Source: Nitrospirales bacterium
GTDB taxonomy: Bacteria; Nitrospirota; Nitrospiria; Nitrospirales; UBA8639
Assembly: GCA_965203295.1 (NCBI GenBank)
Contig: CBDBCZ010000013.1
Coordinates: 736,001-800,000 of the forward strand
Length of the DNA stretch: 64,000 bases
Direction of reading: 5' to 3'
The notes beneath the pieces are model-generated. The model did no database searches. It saw nothing but the letters and a program-made list of their open reading frames with translations, and was not told the origin of the DNA. Position 1 is the first letter of the stretch. Each line of letters starts with the position of its first letter. The position numbers and the translations under genes are program-made. Below are positions 19,671-45,439 of the stretch, one piece after another.

Positions 19671-22600
19671 ACCTCTTAGCAGTCCCGCAGCAGTATATAG
19701 AACGTTGAAAATGCTGTCACGTGGTAATGGTAATCACAGCTGCTATATAGCGCGCGCCGCGCCTGGCGTCTACGCGCGTAGCCAGGCTCTGGAGCCGTGC
19801 GGAATGGAGACAGGGAATTGTGTGAATCTGATATGGAGATCTTATCTGCAGCGCTTCAGTACTAGCTGATTTTCTACAGCAAAAGGATTAGTCTCGCGGG
19901 ACTATAAAAGGATAGGACTAGACGTCCAAAAATCCCTTCAAATGGAAGGTGTCATTAATCATGGTTCTACTGTAGTTAAAGTTGAATGGAAGTGTGGGTA
20001 TGCAGCTGACACTTAGGTAGCTAGCTATACGTAACAGCATTCTGCATGCATGCTTCTTTTATTCCTGAACCATAGTGGTAGGTAAATGGCAAAATTAATA
20101 GCTGAATTGAAGGGCTGAGGAGCATAGTGGGCTAACCCACAAACATTGAATTAGCTTCTCCAAACTGTCTTACCCACAGTAAGAAAGAAATTGTCATATA
20201 CTTCAGTGGGTTGTTTTGAGTTTCTAAATGAGTGAACACAGTCAAGATCCATTAGTGATGATAAATTACTGCAATTGCTAATTACACAGTTCTTGGTCAA
20301 GCATTTTGCACTAATGACCAAGAATTTGAAAACGCATTAGCGAATAGCGATGATGGTTTCCCTCCATACACATATCAATTTGGGTTATGGTACATGTAGT
20401 GTTCACTCATTGGAAACTTCAAGAAGTCAACAACCCACTGCTGGTGAAATTACATGCATGTTTGTGCAATTCATACATTTGATTTTGGGTTGGCCCACTC
20501 TTGTTCTGAGCCCTTCAATTCATGGTTGGTATGGATGTATGTTAAGCCATTTCTTCATACTGATCTCCAAGAGGAAATTCTTTATCACATGACTCAGATT
20601 GTGACCATATGATAGATGATCCTGTGGTAGGTATTGCTTAATGATACAACCTTATATGTTACAACATTTATTGCATTTGTATTCTCCAGACTCCCAAACC
20701 ACTGAGTACCGGTACCATGACTACTGCCAGCATTTGCAACAATCATCATGCCTACACGAAATTGAAGCGGTCCACTGCAAAAAGGGGAGCTTTATCAGAG
20801 AATAGATATCAACTGCTCTGTGCTGCTGTGAGGGGTAATTCGAACCACAGTCCTCATTGACAAGTTGACAAAGTTATCTAGCAGAATCTGAGTTTTTTTG
20901 TACTCTGGAAGCTGCAAGCTGAACCCCATTGAATACGAAGAGAACCAAGCACTTTATTGACTCACTATCCGGTGAAAAAAGAAAAGAAGCGGTTCATGGA
21001 AGACGAGCTCGAGAAATTGTTCAACAATATATTGCATCGTCCATGAGGTAGGACATGCAGAAAGGATGGCATACAAGACATTCCGCCAGCAGTGTAAATG
21101 CAAGTGCATCAGGAAGATTGCACAAGAGAAAGCACAATATACTGGAACACGTCAACAAATGAAAACTTTAAAACAATAAATCCACCTCCTCAACTAATTC
21201 GTACAGAAACAATGAATCGATGAAGCGTGTCAGAATAGATTTGATGGCCCTAAGAGTCCTCTACTTTCATAATTGAGCCACAAGTATCGCTTCATTTTGT
21301 CAGTTATGGATTGTTTTCCCAAGTATAATATATTAAGTCTTCTGATGGTTTCATCCTTAGTAGCTCCATAACCCTTAGCAGTGAGTAATTTGATAAACTG
21401 AAAAAATCTATTTAGCTACAGTTTAAGTGTACCATTATGACTACTGACTGGACGTCATGTGACACGTACACGTACTCTGTAGCTAGCGATCCTACCGAAT
21501 GACAGCATATCATATATATAAAATTTCTCATGCAGTGCCACGAATCGGGACTCGTACACATAGTGTACAATTTTAAAATCTATGGTTTATGGCTTTGTAG
21601 CAAAAGACGTGGGAATAACTCTACATTCTAGACTGACGACATAAGCCAAGCGGCGGGCGGTTTCTCGATACCGAGCGATAATTATAATTATATCGCCGCC
21701 ACTTATTCTCTGAGAACGCCATGAGTCCGTAGCAGCGTTGTATGAGACAGCTAGCCTTGTTATTGGAAGTACTACTGCAGTTTGTAGTCTGTTAATTTTT
21801 ATCCGCATGGGGAAGGCCCTGAAAATAGATCCGCTAAACGTCACTATTAACCGTGCAGGCATGCACGATATTATTCATAACGTGTACTGCATGGAATGGG
21901 GGTTTCCAATCCCTGTCTGTCAAAACCATGCATGCCATCGCTGGAAGGTATTAAGCTTATCCATGAGTATACTTTAGTGCAAACTGGACTAAAGAGCGAG
22001 TCGCCAGTGACAGCATCTTCATTTCTGCCGGGCTTCACGTACCGCGGTATTCAAAAGTGAGTAATACACTACATTGATAGTACACGTAGCACAGTGTAAA
22101 CCGGTCTCCATGCATAAAAATTTCAGGCAATGCTTATAATTATAGCAGTGTATAAAATGATGGGATTAGAAAGGTCTGTATGAGGGCCCCTTTGTAATTC
22201 TGTATCTGACGAACTTATGATGGGAGGGAGCTCGAGGGTGGAGCTTGTTCAATTGCAATTGCATGGATACATACAGGCTAGTATAAAGTGCACATAATTA
22301 TGCAAAAAATAAACAGTGTTACAGTACTGTAGAGTACGTATCAAGCGTCCACCATGTATTTAGCTCCCACCCCCCTCTTCAGTGTTAACTTCCTGCAGCA
22401 TTCATGATAGTATGGGGCACGAGAGAGTAGTGAAGAGTGTTAGTGCAGCCATTAGGTTGACAAAAATAAAGAGGTTGTATGGCCTGCATCTGTATACTGA
22501 CTCAGGGGACAAAAATGTCACCAGAAATGTAGCACAATCCGTAAGCAAATGACTGTGTAAATGTAGCTAAGATGTAATCAGTAGTTGAGCAAATTTCAGC

Positions 22601-23342
22601 AGAAAAGTTTCAAGGAGTAATTTAACTTAACCAACTGAAATTCAGTAAATCGTAAGTACCTGTACACAAAATACTTCTTGCAGACATTAAAATAAGCTAA
22701 ATCAGGTGATGTACGTAATAGCTTGCGTATTTTGATTGTTTGGGTAGAATCCCATTATCGTTATTCACTACGCCTCCACATGTACATTGTATAATTACAG
22801 CCCAAAAACATGAGTGTCAGCAAATGCTACACATACCTTACTTTGGAGTGTACATGTAGTTACAATAACATAGAGTGGCCCAAGGCTAGAGAGTAAAGTT
22901 GGAACAAGTCTGACATTTCATGTCTAAAAAACCAGCCGGACGCCTTTTCCGTACAATACACACAACTCAGCTTAGACCAAGCTATTAAACTACACCTGTA
23001 GAGCCAGAAATACTATATTCCTAGAGCGGTACAGCGAAAGTGCTGACTCAGCAGTTTTGTCATGCACCACCAGTTAGTAGCTATACGCCACCAAAACAGG
23101 ATCTTTACGGCTACCTACCACGTTTTCGCCATCTAGGCAACACAAAACTACCTTCATTTGCTGTAGTTTGGCCCGCAAACCTCCAAAAGCTGCTATACAC
23201 TGCAGTTGCATAGTAATGTATGGCGTAATATTTTGCGCACGTGATAAGCGCGGACGCACAAACAAACAGACAGACAAACAAACAAACAAACAAACAGACG
23301 CGGAAAACGTAAATCAATCTTAGTACCACACTCTAAAATCGT

Positions 23343-24325
23343 GTATGTAAGAATGACACACCTTTATTGTGCTTATTCTACACGCCAGGGTTACACATTT
23401 CTGTCCCCTGAAATAGCTCATTAAAGTGTGCTTGTGTTACACATTTTGCTACACACTCATGTATGTAAGAATAGCACACTTTTTAGTATGCTTAAATTAC
23501 ACGCCAGGGTTACACATTTCTGTCCCCTGAAATGGCTCACTAAAGTGTGCTTGTGTTAAATGGACACACATTTTGCTGCACACTCATGTATGTAAGAATG
23601 GCACACTTTTTAGTATGCTTAAATTACACGCCAGGTTACACATTTCTGTCCCCTGAAATGACTCACTAAAGTGTGCTTGTGTTAAATGGACACACATTTT
23701 GCTGCACACTCATGTATGTAAGAATGGCACACTTTTTAGTATGCTTAAATTACACGCCAGGTTACACATTTCTGTCCCCTGAAATGGCTCACTAAAGTGT
23801 GCTTGTGTTAAATGGACACACATTTTGCTGCACACTCATGTATGTAAGAATGGCACACTTTTTAGTATGCTTAAATTACACGCCAGGTTACACATTTCTG
23901 TCCCCTGAAATGGCTCACTAAAATGTGCTTGTGTTAAATGGACACACATCTTGCTGCACACTCATGTATGTAAGAATGGCACACTTTTTAGTATGCTTAA
24001 ATTACACGCCAGGTTACACATTTCTGTCCCCTGAAATGGCTCACTAAAGTGTGCTTGTGTTAAATGGACACACATTTTGCTGCACACTCATGTATGTAAG
24101 AATGGCACACTTTTTAGTATGCTTAAATTACACGCCAGGTTACACATTTCTGTCCCCTGAAATGGCTCACTAAAGTGTGCTTGTGTTAAATGGACACACA
24201 TCTTGCTACACACTCACGTATGTAAGAATGGCACACCTTTTAGTATGCTTAAATTACACTCCAGGGTTACACATTTCTGTCCCCTGAAATGGCTCACTAA
24301 AGTGTGCTTGTGTTAAATGGACACA
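23343..24325. repeat. ~120-bp tandem repeat, ~8 copies (left subterminal array)
   Basis: Unit gtatgtaagaatggcacactttttagtatgcttaaattacacgccaggttacacatttctgtcccctgaaatggctcactaaagtgtgcttgtgttaaatggacacacattttgctgcacactcat. Confidence 0.92.
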
Positions 24326-27300
24326 TTAATTTTGTGTAGTTGCTACACATAAATCTATTCAAGAATGAAACTTTAAATGAAAAAGTAATCAATATAATGT
24401 CATTACACAGTAAAGAATCCTTATACACCATCAAATTAGCCTTTCAAAATGCAAACATCATCAAATAGTATAAGGCAGAGGTTACAGTACCTTGGCATGC
24501 AAGTACGAACTTCAAACTTCAAAAATAAACAGTCACCTCTTGTCCTGCTTGGTGGAGTTAATTTGTTCTCAAAAACTTCACTTTTTTCTCCAAAGAGCAT
24601 GTATGTCTTTTCTCAGATGAAGCTGTCTTCCTCAAGGCACTGGCACCCATTCAAATTCTTCCATAACCTACATTTAGACATGAATGAAATACACATAATT
24701 ACACTATACCCAAGTCGTTCTAACCAATCAGTTTTCAGCATTACGTGTAGAAAACGGGTCATTCTACCGCAGGAAAAATATATCCCAATTGGCTATTTGA
24801 GGTGGGTATCCTATTCCATTCCAGACATTCAAACGGTGCAGTATCTTGTGGCCGGGGAAGCCTAGACAGAACGTATGGTGTCCATTTTACTCGTACATAT
24901 TTGGAAAGCGATATGAAAAAGTATGCTAATGTACTGTTTTTTTTTAGTTTTGCTGAGATTTTGTGTTTTTGTGTGCATGTGTGGTAACGCTGCCAGCCTA
25001 CCGTTCTGTGTCAAATGGCACTAGGCTAGGGATGGGCGGTTACTTACTGTGGCTCCTAGCTTTCGCTCAGTCTTGCTGTAGTTTTTGGGAGTGTTTTCCC
25101 TGCTGTATCTTAGTCTGCTACTCCGTCTTGATCGAATCTTGATGTTAATTGGCCAAACGATGTAGCCTTTCAAGCTTCTAGCTTTCTTATAGATCTACTA
25201 ATTCTTGTTCGAATGACTTATAGGCATAGTACAAGTTAGATACGTAGATCACTGTGTAGCAGGGTGTATGACCCGTTATCTATCTTGGAAAAGTTATCTT
25301 CCTAGGAAGCCTCGGCAGTTCCTCTGCTTCCACAGGGGATAACTTTCCTGTGGTAGACAATGGGTTGTACACCCTAAAACACAGTATTCTATCCTACGCT
25401 TATTACAGAGTGTTAGGGCAGTATACGTACAGGTGAATATTTGGTTCAAGGCTCACAGTATTGGCTCGACCCAATGCAGAAGCCGAGAACAACCCAACCT
25501 TACTAGTGTAATATTAGGTATATTCTATGACTCCACTGGCTGCACATGGTGGTTGCAGTTTCAAACAGAAGCCACACCCCTGTAGTTCTAAAGCATAGAA
25601 AGTCAATTATTTTACAGCAAATTTTACTGCTACAAGACAACAGATAAACAAGAGAAGGTAGAGAAACTATCCTGCCAGCGGGCAACTAATTCACATATCC
25701 ATTGGTGAGATTTATGTCTACTCTGGGCGAGGAGTCATGATCACTTCCATACAAGATATAGCCATTGTTGTAGCTTTGTTAAGTTTTCTTACAGATGTAG
25801 CCTTTGTTCTCTCTTTTGTCTCTAAGTTACAACTTTCTGTCAATGCGCATGCTGTGCAGCCTAAGACTTCTGTATGTAAAAATGAAAGTAATCATTCTGG
25901 TCATTTGGAGTGTTGAATAGGTACAGTAAAATATTTGTTTGAGCAGGATTAAAAGTATCCCATCAGATTGTAATATTCTAGGACTATCCAATAAATATTG
26001 CTGAACTCCCAGACCCTAGGCTACGATGGAAATAATATAAGGCAAATTTCAGAGCCAGCACTTTCATTAAAAAGTTAAGGGCAACAACCTACCATAATAT
26101 TATACAGCTGTACAACTGACATGAGGCATATTATGTGAGCTTTGAACAATCACAATGTCATGATTTTCATTTTTAACCCGAGTTGCTCAAAAACTCACCC
26201 AACTTGGTATGACCTTACACCGCAATCTCAGAAATAAAGTGCTTGCCATGGAACTTATAACTTTGTCTAGCTAGTGTCTCAACTAGCTGTTGCTGTTCAT
26301 GTGGCATAAAGCAAGTGAATCTGCAGGCTTGCTATATCGTGAGCACCAGAGCAACTGCAATGCTGGTCTTTATGCATGGCTAAATGCTATTTGCTCTCCA
26401 TCAAAATAGCGCCCTATCGCTACAGTTGCTAGATGTGGACGACGTATGATGTGATCATTTAGCTTTCTGTGTAGCTGATATTGTCACGCTGTCGACGATA
26501 CCCCCGGACATAACATCGCTGCCATACAATGGTCTCCCCTTGCTGCGGACGGTCCCCCAGGTTCTATGTTCATAGAAGTTTGACCTACCAGCAGAGGACA
26601 AGATGGACGACAAAGAGGAGAGGAAGCTGCACTGGTGGAGAAGTCCTATCTTAACCCACGGAGAAGAGATATTGAATCGAATGTTCACAGAATGAGAATT
26701 TTATCTGTTGTTATTGCTACTATTATTTAATTCTATTCTAGCTATTACAACTGTAGTTGCAGATTGTTTATCCAGAGCGTAAAGCAATCAACAGCCCGGG
26801 AGCTATGGCGAACAATGGTGGAGTTTCGTAGTGTACATGGCTTGAGGTTAAAAAGTGGGAGGGGTTCCATATAGTCTGTAGCCACTGATTATCGTACAGA
26901 CTGTGACTGTGCCCGAGTTTACTACTGTCTTCCATCATGAAAAGTATCAGTATTGTTGCAGAGGAGATGGCATTTGTAGCTAGATAAATGGGGGAACCAT
27001 TTACAGCAAACTGGGACCATTTATAGTGCCACGGATGGTGCCTGGGGGAACACATACAGTGCCACGAATGGTCCGGGGGGGGGGGGGGGGGGGGGGGGTG
27101 TTGAACTAATTATAATTTCTGCCACAGATGGTCTGGGGGGACCGTGGACCACTTATTGTGTGACAATATCTATTTTGAGCTGTAAATAGCCAGCACACGC
27201 GTAAAACAGCGTTCAGATTTCTCCCCAGACTTTCATAAAATGCCAACAAGGCCTAAAGGCTGCATTTTTGTTGTAGGGGTTCTCATTTAGCTATAATGCT

Positions 27301-29309
27301 TCACTCGTACCATGCTTGTGCATGCAACTCTTGGCTAACCTGGTGTCATCCATCGGTTCTGCAGACTTTTAAGACCCCTTCGTGATGTTTTCGATCCTGG
27401 TTTTGTACCTTGGTGTATACCGCACGTCTTTATCGCGGTAAGTATTTGCGGTAAATCGGTCTTCGAGAGTCTCCCGGTTCTGAATAAGATCGCCAGTACG
27501 CCTTGTAGCTTCCAGCCTTTGATTGAAGTTCAGCCATCAGAGGTATCCTTTTCTGTGCATCTTCGAAGTTGATTGGCATAATTTTATTCTAAAACTTGAG
27601 TGCATCTCGCCGGTGATGCGTTACATTACTTCAGACAGTCTGTACCGGTAAAACTTCCTACACCATAGATAGTAGAAGTTAACACTTTCAACTTGTCAAC
27701 TATCTACACACTAAGTCTTTTTCAAAAACTATAAACCAGCCGTTTTTCATTCGGCCATTCAATTACCTGTGCTGCGCATGCGCGAATCGGGAACCGTGCA
27801 CGCTCGTGTAATATTGTGTTACTGCAGCACATACGTATGCATGTCAGGGGAGCACATTAATTTACTAGTTACACACATTTCTGTATAGGAGTACTGTAAT
27901 TCTGCATTGACTCCCAAAATATGCACATTACAGTGGCAGTGTCAAGCATGCATGACTAAAATTATGGCAGAGCAACACACACACATAGTGCTCAACTGCA
28001 TAAACTTTAGTGTAGCACACATCCAGACGTGTCCATTTAACATCACTGGAAATACATATTTAACCTTGCACATGCGGTTGTATTGTATTGTTTTGCAACA
28101 GCACATGTCATGCATAGAACTGTGTGGAGCTATATAGCTACATGCACTGAGGAACTGTGGATGAACTATAGCTGAAGATTTGACATTGTTATACTGTAGT
28201 GCTGCATATAATAATGACTCCACAAAATATGTCATTTGAGCACAAAAAATGCTAGTGTGATGCACTATATATTATTACAGTAATGTGTTGTACAACTACA
28301 TAACCACATGCATGTATATATATACTCAGCACTCAAACGTGCATAAAACTTAATAATCATGAAAGTGTGACCTTTTGCATTCAGCTTCAAGAGTTTGAAA
28401 TTGATCTAGCACAGTTAAAGATGCTTGCGCTACATAGTATAATACACTGTGTTGTAATGAATTTCAATGGCATTTATTAATCACATTGTGTTAGAGGAAA
28501 ACAGCTAGTACGATACAGTGTATGTGCTACCTATAAGTGTATAACTGTGTGTTGGAGCAGCACAGTGCTCAAATGTCCTAATACAGCACAGTATGAAAGT
28601 GTGACAGTTTGACACTATTCCACATCTCTGATTCCAAAATTTATTGTGTTGATCCAGCACTGTTAGAGTTGCCTGTGCTAATTTAACATGATTATACCAT
28701 TTGTATTATACATGTGCAATAGCTATTATGTGAACGAAAATGTGTAAACACAGCACAATACACCGAAATGTGTTATCTAACTAACAGTTCTATGTGTAGT
28801 AGCACAGCATTCAAACATGCAAATATAGTACAGTGTAAAAGTGTATCCATTTGACTCAATGCCACATCCATGCAGATCCAGATGTGTGTTGATCCAGCAC
28901 AGTACTAATAGAACATGATTGCGCTTTAGGCAGCAATAGCACATTCAGTATTGTGAATGAAATTGTGTTAATGTAGCTCAATGCACTAAGGTGTGTTGTG
29001 TAAGAGTTCTATACTATGTGTAGGAGCAGCGCAGCACTCATGAAAGATTGTATGAAGTGTTAAGCTTCGTACCCAGGTCCGCGCTTTTTCGGTTGCACGA
29101 CATCTTTCGTGTACCTAAAAATGGCGCAGGCCTGGTAACGAGGCTATGAAAGTGTGTCCATTTGACACTATTTCGCATCTGGATCAAAATATGTGTTGAT
29201 CCTGCACTGTTAGAGTTGCCTGTGCTAATATTGCATGATTGTTGTTTGCGTTACAATAGCATAATAATAAAAATTAATGCGAATGTAATTATGTCAATAT
29301 ATCAATATA

Positions 29310-30765
29310 GTATGGCACGCTGTAGAGTGATGGAAAAGTGATTGAAATTGTGTCAAAGGAACATAATATTATACTATAAAAAATAATGTGTTATCAAAAC
29401 ACACTACTCTTTGTGTAGGAGTAGCACACCACTTTAAGCATGTAAAGTTGGCACAGAATGACAGTGTGTACTGCACTGTAATGTTTCAACAGCATATACA
29501 ATTGAAATTGTTTCAGAGGAATTATGATGAAGTGTGTTAATTACCAGAACACATTCAGTTGTTTGGTGTAGGAATAGTACACCACTAAATATGATAATTG
29601 TGTGACAATTTGACACTTTTCCATCTGGTTTGCTGTTCGAGCACAGTAACAACAATGTTTGTGCTAGTATAACACACTGTAAAGTAATGGAAATGATTGA
29701 AATTGTGTCAAAGGTACTTATGATATAAATGTGTTATCAAAACACACTACTCTTTGTGTAGGAGTAGCACACTACTCAAACATGTACAATTGGCATAGTA
29801 TGAAAGTGTGTACTGCATTATAATGTGTTTCAACAGCATAAACGATTGAAATTGTGTCAGGGAAACATAATAGGATGAAGTGTGTTACCAGAACACATCG
29901 ATTGTTTGTGTTGGAGTAGCACACCACTAAATATGACACAGTATGAAAGTGTGACAATTTGACGCTTTTCCATCTGGCTTCAAATATGTGCTGTTTGAGC
30001 ACAGCAATAACACTGCTTGTGCTAGTATAACACACTGTAAAGTAATGGAAGTGATTGAAATTGTGTCAAAGGTACTTATGATATAAATGTGTTATCAAAA
30101 CACACTACTCTTTGTGTAGGAGTAGCACACTACTCAAGCATGTATAATTGGCATAGTATGAAAGTGTGTACTGCATTATAATGTGTTTCAACAGCATAAA
30201 CGATGGAAATTGTGTCAGGGAAACATAATAGGATGAAGTGTGTTACCAGAACACATCAATTGTTTGTGTTGGAGTAGCACACCACTAAATATGACACAGT
30301 ATAAAAGTGTGACAATTTGACGCTTTTCCATCTGGCTAAAAATATGTGCTGTTCGAGCACAGTAATAACACTGCTTGTGCTAGTATAACACACTGTAAAG
30401 TAATGGAAGTGAATAAAATTGTGTCAAAGGTACGTATGATATAAATGTGTTATCAAAACACACTACTCTTTGTGTAGGAGTAGCACACTACTCAAGCATG
30501 TATAATTGGCATAGCATGAAAGTGTGTACTGCATTATAATGTGTTTCAACAGCATAAACGATGGAAATTGTGTCAGGGAAACATAATAGGATGAAGTGTG
30601 TTACTAGAACACATCAATAGTTTGTGTTGGAGTAGCACACCACCAAATATGACACAGTACGAAAGTAGTGTGACAATTTGACGCTTGTCCATCTGCCTTC
30701 AAATATGTGTTGTTCTAGCACAGTAATAACAATGCTTGTGCTAGTATAACACACTGTAGAGTAAT
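29310..30765. repeat. ~360-bp tandem repeat, ~4 copies (right subterminal array)
   Basis: aatgtgttatcaaaacacactactctttgtgtaggagtagcacac recurs near 29385, 29727, 30087 and 30444. Confidence 0.88.
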
Positions 30766-31505
30766 GTGTTCTAATAGCACATAATTGAAAGTGTGTCAGA
30801 GGAACGCAATACATGGAGCGTGTTATGTAAACATACAGTTCTGTGTGTACAAAGAGCACAGCACTGAAAATGTGTAAGTGTAGCACATATATAAGCGTGA
30901 CTATTTAACACATTTTTGTAGTGTGTCATATGATGTGTTTCAATGACACACCCCAAATTCGTAGATCCGCATTGTGTTCCTATAACACATATCCCAGTGT
31001 GTTTCTATTGCACACTAACTTCCAGTGTGCTAAATCAACATGACCAATAAATCGCAGTGTGTCAACTGAACATAGTTGGGACAATGACACACCTTCATTA
31101 GAAAGAAATGTGTTCCATGTACACACCACATTTATCGACACACTAATTGTGTGTTATTTTCGCACTACGAATTTTAGAGTGCAGCCGTTCGCGCGCTCCG
31201 GCTGGTAAAAAAGTACTTTAATTGTTAATGAAAGTGCCACTTATCTTTGAAAGCTTATGGATGTTATAGATAATTGATAATGTTGTACAATATTAATTGT
31301 CAGTTATACCATGAAAGCATTCATAACTGCCTGATTTTTAATTACTGTTACATTCCTCTGTGTCGCATTCGGAGTGAAGCATACAGTCAGTTGGTGTATA
31401 ATATATAAGTGTCTTTTGTGATTGGGGTCATTTTACCTTTATTGTAAATTCTATTGCAGAAACTAATGTTGTCCACTTCCACACTGTAGGTAAAATGCTA
31501 CAACC

Positions 31506-42673
<11,168 letters not shown>

Positions 42674-42945
42674 TCTCAGCTACTCAGTATACTTAAACTG
42701 TCTTCCTCTGTTAACTAGAAAATGGAGCCTATTGTTGTGTTATAGTAGTAAAATATTATCAGCCAGCTAATGTGCAGTGGTTTCAGCTCACTGGAAACTA
42801 GCAATAGAAGGTGGTGGCAGCTTACTTGCACTTATAAGGTGGTAGCTGGAATGGATTTGCATGTTCGAGGACGAGTCTGCCAGCCATATCATGTTAGCTA
42901 CTGATCCCCAGCTCTTCTTATTTCTGGTGAACTAGCTGTCAGCAT

Positions 42946-43366
42946 CAGTGGCGTAGCTAGAGACTGAGCATTACCCGGGCACTGGTTGGGCATGGATAAT
43001 GCAGCAACGTGAAGCGTACCTGGCTTCGCGCGAAGCGCGCAAATTTTTCATTTTGCAGTAATTTTGAATTTTTTTTTCATTGGACTGGATAGTGTTCGTA
43101 ATGCATGAGTACATCGGTAGCAATGGAGGAATAGCTTTGTTTTAAAGGCGCGGATGATTCAGAGCAAGTGTGAGAGCCATGAGAATCATGAGCGCTCCAC
43201 TGCTACCGCGCAACTAGATCGCAATTCGCGTAGTTAAGCATTATGGCCACGCCCATTTGGTATGATTTAACGTACGTTTGCCCGGGCAAGCACACTTTTT
43301 ACCCGGGCACGCACACTTTTTACCCGGGCCTGTGCCCGGGTAGGCCCGGGTGTAGCTACGCCACTG
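42946..43366. mobile_element. hAT-type MITE with 8-bp TSD
   Basis: TIR cagtggcgtagcta / tagctacgccactg. TSD gtcagcat at 42938-42945 and 43367-43374. Internal cccgggc repeats. Empty paralogous site at 60760-60767. Confidence 0.9.
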
Positions 43367-45439
43367 GTCAGCATTGATGTAGACCTCTATATTTGTAACA
43401 GCTATGTACTAGATACGAAGTCTCGCGGGCCAGCCCACTAAGCGAGCATTGCGGTTCACCCCCGCGCGCGCATACTTTCGGATACGGTGCGCTTCTTTTA
43501 GAGTGAAACGCCAACGATACAGTAATCTTCGTGGAGTTTTTGGCAGTTAACGCTGAGCGGTAAATATCATTGACAAAACAAAGATACTGTGCACGTGGTT
43601 GTGTTAGGATAAATGTTTATTCATGCATTTAAACATGTATTATGCATGCACATGACATTATAAAGAAACAAAATTTATATGAGATGTTCTCTGGCACTTT
43701 CTCCACTTTCACCACCCGCCTCTGAGGTTCTGCATGGTATTTGGTAAAAAAAAGCATGCTCATGCAAAAATATAACTATTAAACCAACAGAAAATGCCCT
43801 AATACACTCAGGAAACTAGCTGTAACGTGGCAGAAACTCCCCCACAAAAACCCCGACTTACTGTAGGCAAAAAACGGCCTTATAGCTTCTGTGGGTTACT
43901 GTACAGGGTTTTGTTCTACTATAACCTACATCATGCAGTACTTCAGGATGTCAGCATTCCTCTGGAAAACTCTAAATCTATTAGGTAGCCTACATTGAGA
44001 GCAACTCCCCCACAAAAATGTACCAAAGGTGAGGCGCTTCTTCAAACATCATGAAAGCATAATATAAGGTAAGTCAGGGTAATTCTGAATAAACTTGGAA
44101 ATTTATGTCAGCCATACCTATCCCTAAAAGAGAACTCCGAGTTTTACTATACTATCTGGTACTTTTGGTTATCTGCTACCCAACAATAGCCTTTAATTGT
44201 TTGCTGCAGTGTGTTGCACTAGTTGAGAACAATTGCTAAGGTCAACTGTCAAAATGTCACAATTAGGGTACAGTAATTCCGAATAAAATTTCCAAAAGAC
44301 TTGAGAAGTTGTACAAAACACAGACAAACCAGTCGTGACCGGTAAGTATATCGAGCTATTTCACTTGGAAGAGAGGATCTCATCAGGGTCGTTACTGGCA
44401 TAGGCCGTCTGACCGCTTGGCAGACTGCCTATTGAGAATTTGGGAGAAAAGCAGAAGGGGCGCCAATTGCTGCTTTTCACAGGATAAGACCATTAACGGT
44501 GGCGATGAATGTGCCATTCATATATGGTGTGTATATACTCATCCTGCCATGTGATGCTTGGAGGGTAAGTGAAGGACAGGAGGCTTAGACTCCAGTCCTG
44601 CCTTCTGCTTTCATCACACTGAGGTTTAGGAGAGACCTCAGTGGAGGAATAGTTACTTATAGTAATTATAGTGGGTGGGAAAAGCAAGAGGTGGGAACAA
44701 AAATAGCAGAGTCTGCTATATGTCACAAGGCTGCAGCTCAGTGAAAGCGTGCCATGTGCACGTGACTTCCCGTAACTAAATTCATACCGGGTTCCATAAT
44801 AATCTTTAAGTTGACCCCGACCCTTCTGCTGTTAACTCGGTTTAACTTTGTTAAACCACAAGCTATTGGTATAGTTGGGGCGAGCGTGAGTGAGTCCCCC
44901 CTTAGTGCTGGGAATGGCGATTTTGTCCGTCCGTGCGCACGGATGCATGGTCCTATATACCGCAAATACTTCAAATATCTATTTCAGCAGCATGCCCTCG
45001 CTCACGCTCACCCCACAATGCTCTGCATTTACTAGTTATAGCTTTAGCTCATATGGATGGTATAATATAAGGGGTGGGTGGATACTAGCATACTACATAG
45101 ATATTCAAATATCTTTCATAACTTATTGAAGACAGATAGTACATCATGGGTGATTAATATGTAGAGTACAGTACACATTGCCACAGCCTTCTCTACATTT
45201 TTGAGAAACATCACCTCTATACTAGCCATACCCTATCATTTTTAGAACAAAATATTTAATAATAAAAAAATTTATGATGTCATGTGCCGTAAACATTTCA
45301 TTGTGAAATATAAACTAATGAATAACAAACTGCAATTTCGCAGAATATGTAATTTGTTAACTTGCTAGTTGTTACAGTAACTCCCTGATCACGACCTCAT
45401 TCTCCAATAGCCAAGCTCATGTTGCTTTAGTTAATTAAT

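Larger units (their letters stand above)
23329..31181. mobile_element. CMC/EnSpm (CACTA-like) DNA transposon, 7853 bp, no intact transposase seen
   Basis: TIRs cactctaaaatcgt (23329) and acgaattttagagtg (31181). 2-bp TSD 'ca' at 23327-23328 and 31182-31183. Subterminal tandem arrays at both ends. Confidence 0.82.
22931..31207 (-). mobile_element. Helentron/DINE-1-like non-autonomous element (22931-23328 + 31184-31207), split by the EnSpm-type insertion
   Basis: Removing 23329-31183 restores the hairpin taccagccg-ttcgcgcgctc-cggctggta next to a (CAAA/CAGA)n microsatellite. The subterminal inverted repeat accagccgga (22931) pairs with tccggctggt (31197). A-runs at both ends. Confidence 0.6.

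Noticed and set aside
20100..21300. Possible decayed transposase or gene relic
   Set aside because: Looks coding-like in patches, but I could not assemble a frame or motif. It needs a translated profile search.
23343..24325. 120-bp array as a CRISPR or coding repeat
   Set aside because: No spacers or ORF. Explained as a subterminal repeat of the EnSpm-type element.
24449..28265. Short ORFs inside the EnSpm-type element as transposase or captured genes
   Set aside because: No recognisable domain motifs. All are short and inconsistent in strand.
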